A stretch of 17,992 nucleotides of DNA from NCBI GenBank assembly GCA_039586365.1, contig JBDHKN010000091.1, positions 1 through 17,992 of the forward strand, written 5' to 3'. Of the stretch, positions 14,095 to 17,992 are shown one piece after another. The stretch's first letter is position 1; every line of letters begins with the position of its first letter. This DNA is from Gemmatimonadota bacterium. GTDB taxonomy: Bacteria; Gemmatimonadota; Gemmatimonadetes; Gemmatimonadales; GWC2-71-9. The notes below the pieces were generated by a model, which searched no databases, had not been told where the DNA came from, and was given only the letters and a program-made list of their open reading frames with translations. Position numbers and translations under genes: made by a program.

Positions 14095-16914
14095 TTACCG
14101 TTTCCCTGCTCTTCTGCCGCCCCTACCGCCGCCTGAACCTGGTCGCAGGTGGTAGATGAACTTCAGTAACAGGTAGTGGCCGAGTGATTCGATCCGCGTC
14201 TCTTGGATGAAATTCGACGAACTTGTGAAGTTGACGCCCTGGTTCTGGTTGAGCAGGTCGAACCCCGTCAGCTCGATTTCGGCTCGTTCGCCAAAGAGGA
14301 GACGCGATATCGAGGCCTGCAACATCGCGACGTTCCGGCCCGGGCCGAACACATCCTGGTCGAAGATCCGATAGTTGAGCGAACTGTTGAACTTCCAGAC
14401 ATCTCCTAGGTAGTAGGTTCCCCTCGCGTAGATGGTGCTGTTGACGTAGCTCTGGTTCAGTTCCTGGTTCAGCGAGTAGTTCACATTGTTGAAGGTGACT
14501 CTTCCGCCCGCCTCTACGTCGAAGATTTCCTTGTCGCGGTTCTCGAGGTCGGCGCTCACCGTATTGCGCAGAATGCGGCTCACGTTTTCGGCCTGGTTCA
14601 CAAACTCCGAACCCGTGGAGTACGTGACGCTGTAGCTGAGGTCGATCCGTGCTCCAATGGATCGGATGGGTCTGCCGTAGTTCACGCCGCCGTTCGTCGA
14701 CCAACTCCGACCGGAGTTGACCGACGTGACCTGCTGGAATCCGTTTTCGTCCACGGTCCTCGAGCGGACTATTTCGTCAGTCGTGTAGGAGATCCGCAAA
14801 AACGTAAACAGATTTACGAAGCTAAACTGGTCGTAAAACCGGTACTCGGCGCTCAGCCCATGAGTATACTCAGGCGTCAGGTCTGGATTGCCCGTGTAGA
14901 CGTTGAGCGGACTGCTGTTGTCGGCGAAGGGTTGGAGTTCAGTCATCGTGGGCTCGCGCGTTGACGTGCGGTAGCGGAGATTCAGGTTCCAACCCGGCTT
15001 GAACTGGATTTTGAAGTTCACGGACGGGAGGATGTGGGTGTACCCGTTGGTAATCCGCTCGTCCCGATCCAGGATCGCTCCATTCAGGTCCGAACTCTGG
15101 ACTTGCAGTCCGAGGACCAACGACGAGTTTTCCGTGTTGCTGTTGAGACGCAGGCCCCCCTCCAGATAGGTATATGTCCGTTCGAACTCGGAACTCAACA
15201 GGTCGTTGAGGACCGAGGTACCTCCATCGAGATCATAGACCGACTTGGTCTGGTCCTCGTCGACGGCGCGCCGCGCTCCGAAAAGCTCCAGCACGCGACT
15301 ACGGCCAAGCGGCTGTGTGAGCGAGAGCCGCTGCGAATGGCTCAGGGTATGGCCGAAGCGCGACTGCTCCTGCACGATCTCGTCGTACGTGAGCACGTCG
15401 CCTCGGTCCCGGCTGCCGGTCGTCGAGGAGAGGTCGGCCGACAGGTCGGGTTCGTTGAGGTTGGCCCGGACCTCGGCGACGACGCTGCGGCCGGCTTCGT
15501 TCAGTCGTTTGCGCCATGTGAGGCGGGCGCTGCCTCCCAAGTCGTTACCCTCGACGGCATAATTGGTGGCCGCCGTATTCAGGATCACACCCTCAGCGGT
15601 CTGCGTCTCCTGGAACTCGATATTGATGAGCGAGGACGAGCCTGCGGTCAGGTCCCCGCGCAGCCTCAAATCGTGTCCGTCCGCGAAGGCGTATTGAGTG
15701 TTCAGATTGATGCGGTGTGTGAGATTATCCGTCGTCTGGTTGCTCGTCTGGCCGACCAGCGAGGACACTTCGGAACCCAGCAGCTGCTGCCGCTGAACCT
15801 CACGAGCCTGCAGGTTGTCAAGGCTGCTCAGGAAGTAACTGGTGCGAATCCATCTGTCTTCTCCGAGGTCGCGGCTCGCGTTCACGCCTAAAGCGATGGT
15901 CTCGGTGAAGCCGTCGTCGCGGCCCCCTCCAATCTGGGCGCCGCCGCCCCCGCGCCCCCGGCCTCCCCCCATGAAGTTTTGGTAGTCTCCCCACGAGAAC
16001 CCTGCCTGGCTCACATTGTTGACATTCGCGATTGCAGCAAGTTGGGTCGTGGGAGAGAACCGGTTGATGCTGATCCTCTCGTCGTACAGAGCCTGGTCGT
16101 CCCCTGGAGTATCGAAGACCCCGTAGGTGCCTCCATCCGCTCCGAACGCGCTGGCTATTCGGCCGAAGTAGCCGCGCCTCGCGTCCTCCCTGAGTTGCAG
16201 ATTGATCGTTCTCTCCTCCTCGCCGTCAGCAATGCCGGTGAATTCCGCCATGTCGGACTGTTTGTCATAGACCTGGACCCGATCAACCGCCTCGGCGGGC
16301 AGGTTTCTGGTCGCGATTGTCGGATCGCTCCCGAAGAACTCCTTGCCGTCGACGAGGACGTTTTCCACGTCCTCGCCCTGCGCTTTGATCGATCCGTCGG
16401 CCTCGACCTCGATGCCGGGAAGCCTCTTGAGCAACTCCTCTACCGTGGCGTTGGGGCGAGTTGGGAATGCTGCGACGTTGTAGTCAAGGGTGTCGCGCCT
16501 GTTTACGAAGGGGACATGTTCGGCGCTCACCACTATTGCGTCCATCTCGTGAACCAGAACGTTGAGCGTAACCGTACCCGCATCGACGTTCATATCTGTG
16601 ACCGAAAAGTCCCTCCGGAATGGCTGATATCCTACAAGGGTTACCTGCAGGATGTATTCTCCCGCCGGGAGCCGGCGCAGAGTGAACGCTCCGTTGCCGT
16701 CCGTCGTGACGAACTTCGTCAGCACGGAATCTGCGCGGGTGAGAGCCACCACCATGGCTCGCGGCAGGCCGCTACCGGCAGAGTCGACAACCACGCCGTT
16801 CACATCGAACTGGCCAGTCTGAGCAGAAGCGGGATCGGCCATCAGGACCCCAAAGACTATCACGGCGCACCCGGCCACCCCGCGCAATGGAGAACCGGGT
16901 GAAGACGCCGGCAT
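14095..16914 (-). CDS. Outer-membrane beta-barrel protein with N-terminal carboxypeptidase-regulatory-like and plug-like domains (Bacteroidota-type, TonB-receptor-like)
   Basis: DTLDYN, VEELLKRLPGIEV..DG.I.AQGE.V..VLVDGKEFFGSDPTIATRNLPAEAVDRVQVYDKQSD, GYFG, ANVNNV, P.MTELQP..DNSSPLN..TGNPDLTPEY, DLLNQN, and a Gly/Arg tail. Confidence 0.9.
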   Translation of the reverse strand: MPASSPGSPLRGVAGCAVIVFGVLMADPASAQTGQFDVNGVVVDSAGSGLPRAMVVALTRADSVLTKFVTTDGNGAFTLRRLPAGEYILQVTLVGYQPFRRDFSVTDMNVDAGTVTLNVLVHEMDAIVVSAEHVPFVNRRDTLDYNVAAFPTRPNATVEELLKRLPGIEVEADGSIKAQGEDVENVLVDGKEFFGSDPTIATRNLPAEAVDRVQVYDKQSDMAEFTGIADGEEERTINLQLREDARRGYFGRIASAFGADGGTYGVFDTPGDDQALYDERISINRFSPTTQLAAIANVNNVSQAGFSWGDYQNFMGGGRGRGGGGAQIGGGRDDGFTETIALGVNASRDLGEDRWIRTSYFLSSLDNLQAREVQRQQLLGSEVSSLVGQTSNQTTDNLTHRINLNTQYAFADGHDLRLRGDLTAGSSSLINIEFQETQTAEGVILNTAATNYAVEGNDLGGSARLTWRKRLNEAGRSVVAEVRANLNEPDLSADLSSTTGSRDRGDVLTYDEIVQEQSRFGHTLSHSQRLSLTQPLGRSRVLELFGARRAVDEDQTKSVYDLDGGTSVLNDLLSSEFERTYTYLEGGLRLNSNTENSSLVLGLQVQSSDLNGAILDRDERITNGYTHILPSVNFKIQFKPGWNLNLRYRTSTREPTMTELQPFADNSSPLNVYTGNPDLTPEYTHGLSAEYRFYDQFSFVNLFTFLRISYTTDEIVRSRTVDENGFQQVTSVNSGRSWSTNGGVNYGRPIRSIGARIDLSYSVTYSTGSEFVNQAENVSRILRNTVSADLENRDKEIFDVEAGGRVTFNNVNYSLNQELNQSYVNSTIYARGTYYLGDVWKFNSSLNYRIFDQDVFGPGRNVAMLQASISRLLFGERAEIELTGFDLLNQNQGVNFTSSSNFIQETRIESLGHYLLLKFIYHLRPGSGGGRGGRRAGKR

Positions 16915-17673
16915 CTACGGACGCCTCCGTCGGGCGCGGCTGCGCATTGTCAATTCCGCCAACTTCTCAGTTACGATCGCCTCGTATTCGTCACGGGACA
17001 CCTCCTGTCCGTCTTCCGGCGCCCTGATGGCTCCAGCCTCCACACGGGTGAGATTCACTTCTGCAGCGGAGTACACAGTGTGTCCATCATCGACGGAGAC
17101 GGAGAGGATCATTCCAGGGAGTCCGCCGAACAAATCCGGGCCGGCCGAGACCGGGATTTCCGGGGTAAACCAGGCTTCAATGACCGAGCTGTCCTCGACT
17201 GCCGTCGCCTTCTGAACCAGGTATCCGAGGAACTCGGTCTGCTCACCCGTGAGCTTCCACTCATATGCAGGCTGAGCGCCCGAAATGCGGAAGGTGCGAC
17301 CCATGAACTCGCGGGTTTCCGTAACCGTACCGTCCTCATTGTTCATATAGACCTTCAGGAGCGTCTCCTGGTCGCTCCGTGACGGCGACCCCATTCTGAG
17401 CCTTGTGACGTACCCCCGCATGCGGAGTTCCATAGCCGCCAATTCGTTTTCCTCCTCCTCGGCCGTCGGGGCAGGGATCAAGAGCGAAGCCGACTCGTCG
17501 AAGAGCAGAAGCATGGAACTCACGTTCGCAGACGGGATCTGATTCCTCGTCTCCCCCAACCGCTCCGGCACCTCGAAATCGTACCGCACGGCGCGATCGA
17601 ATAGTATGACCCCTGACTGGGCAGCAGCGGCGGCTGGGTAGAGGATCAGCAGAAAAGTCAGTAGCCTTTTCAT
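16915..17673 (-). CDS. GLPGLI-family exported protein (252 aa)
   Basis: Signal peptide MKRLLTFLLILYPAAAAA-Q from ATG 17673. Signature WKLTGEQTEFLGYLVQKAT...IEAWFTPEIPVSAGPDLFGGLPGMIL. Its stop abuts the next ATG (TAG-ATG, zero gap). Confidence 0.92.
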   Translation of the reverse strand: MKRLLTFLLILYPAAAAAQSGVILFDRAVRYDFEVPERLGETRNQIPSANVSSMLLLFDESASLLIPAPTAEEEENELAAMELRMRGYVTRLRMGSPSRSDQETLLKVYMNNEDGTVTETREFMGRTFRISGAQPAYEWKLTGEQTEFLGYLVQKATAVEDSSVIEAWFTPEIPVSAGPDLFGGLPGMILSVSVDDGHTVYSAAEVNLTRVEAGAIRAPEDGQEVSRDEYEAIVTEKLAELTMRSRARRRRP

Positions 17674-17719
17674 GATGATTGACCGGCTGAGGTGAAGTGC
17701 CCCAAGAGTTGCTTTGTGG

Positions 17720-17748
17720 ATGCTAATCGCGCATCCGGGCCCTGTCAA
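17720..17748 (-). promoter_or_regulatory. Sigma70-type promoter for the GLPGLI and beta-barrel operon
   Basis: TTGACA (17748-17743), 17 nt, TAGCAT (17725-17720), 46 nt upstream of the ATG. Confidence 0.75.
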
Positions 17749-17992
17749 CGAAAAGTTTCGTAGATGCTGCGTGCATAGGGAAGTCCACTGTGCCTGCCAA
17801 ATCGCATAGCGGGGGTGATTGGGCATGCGCCAAGCGCAGCCTCATTAACACGGTGACCGAGAATCAGGATGCCTTTGCAGCCTACAGGACGGGCATCCCC
17901 TCGACACCTGGACGGGCCGGGAGACGCCGCAAGTCACGCAGGCAGGGACGCAAGTTGAGCTGAAATTGGGAGCCGGCACTGTCTGAAAGGGG

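Noticed and set aside
15034..16902. Long antisense ORFs (15034..15891 and 15979..16902, similarly 5255..6058 and 8582..9334)
   Set aside because: These are shadow frames opposite well-supported genes, expected in GC-rich DNA, with no recognisable motifs.
17674..17826. 51-aa N-terminal extension of the GLPGLI protein in the ORF track
   Set aside because: It spans the predicted promoter, and the signal peptide begins at ATG 17673.
1..17992. CRISPR arrays, tRNA/rRNA genes, transposases, integrases or defence genes
   Set aside because: I recognised no regularly spaced repeats, RNA-gene signatures or mobile-element protein motifs.

Overview
GC-rich bacterial window (roughly 60-65% by eye). The gene families suggest Gemmatimonadota, which is an inference. 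Left to right: (1) 3' part of an M14-type zinc carboxypeptidase-family gene (+); (2) a carboxypeptidase-regulatory-like-domain gene that looks damaged or chimeric (-); (3) a chaperone cluster hsp20-hsp20-DnaJ-like (+) behind a good sigma54 (-24/-12) promoter match; (4) a long minus-strand run. In transcription order that run is a GLPGLI-family protein, an outer-membrane beta-barrel, a BlaI/MecI/CopY repressor, a frameshifted and truncated BlaR1/M56 remnant, a 113-aa leader ORF, TolC/CzcC, a CzcB-like adaptor, a CzcA/CusA-family RND permease and a TonB-dependent receptor. The main finding is the leader ORF (12723-13064). It has a signal-like N-terminus, a His/Cys cluster (HPHPHHDC...HCDC) and a C-terminal RAPP ribosome-arrest-type motif. 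It appears to be transcribed leaderless from a TTGACA promoter. It is followed by a 104-nt spacer with mutually exclusive hairpins, one of which covers the tolC start. Together this is a candidate metal-sensing ribosome-stalling attenuator (CruR/DUF2946-like) controlling a heavy-metal exporter. No rRNA, tRNA, CRISPR array or intact mobile element was recognised.
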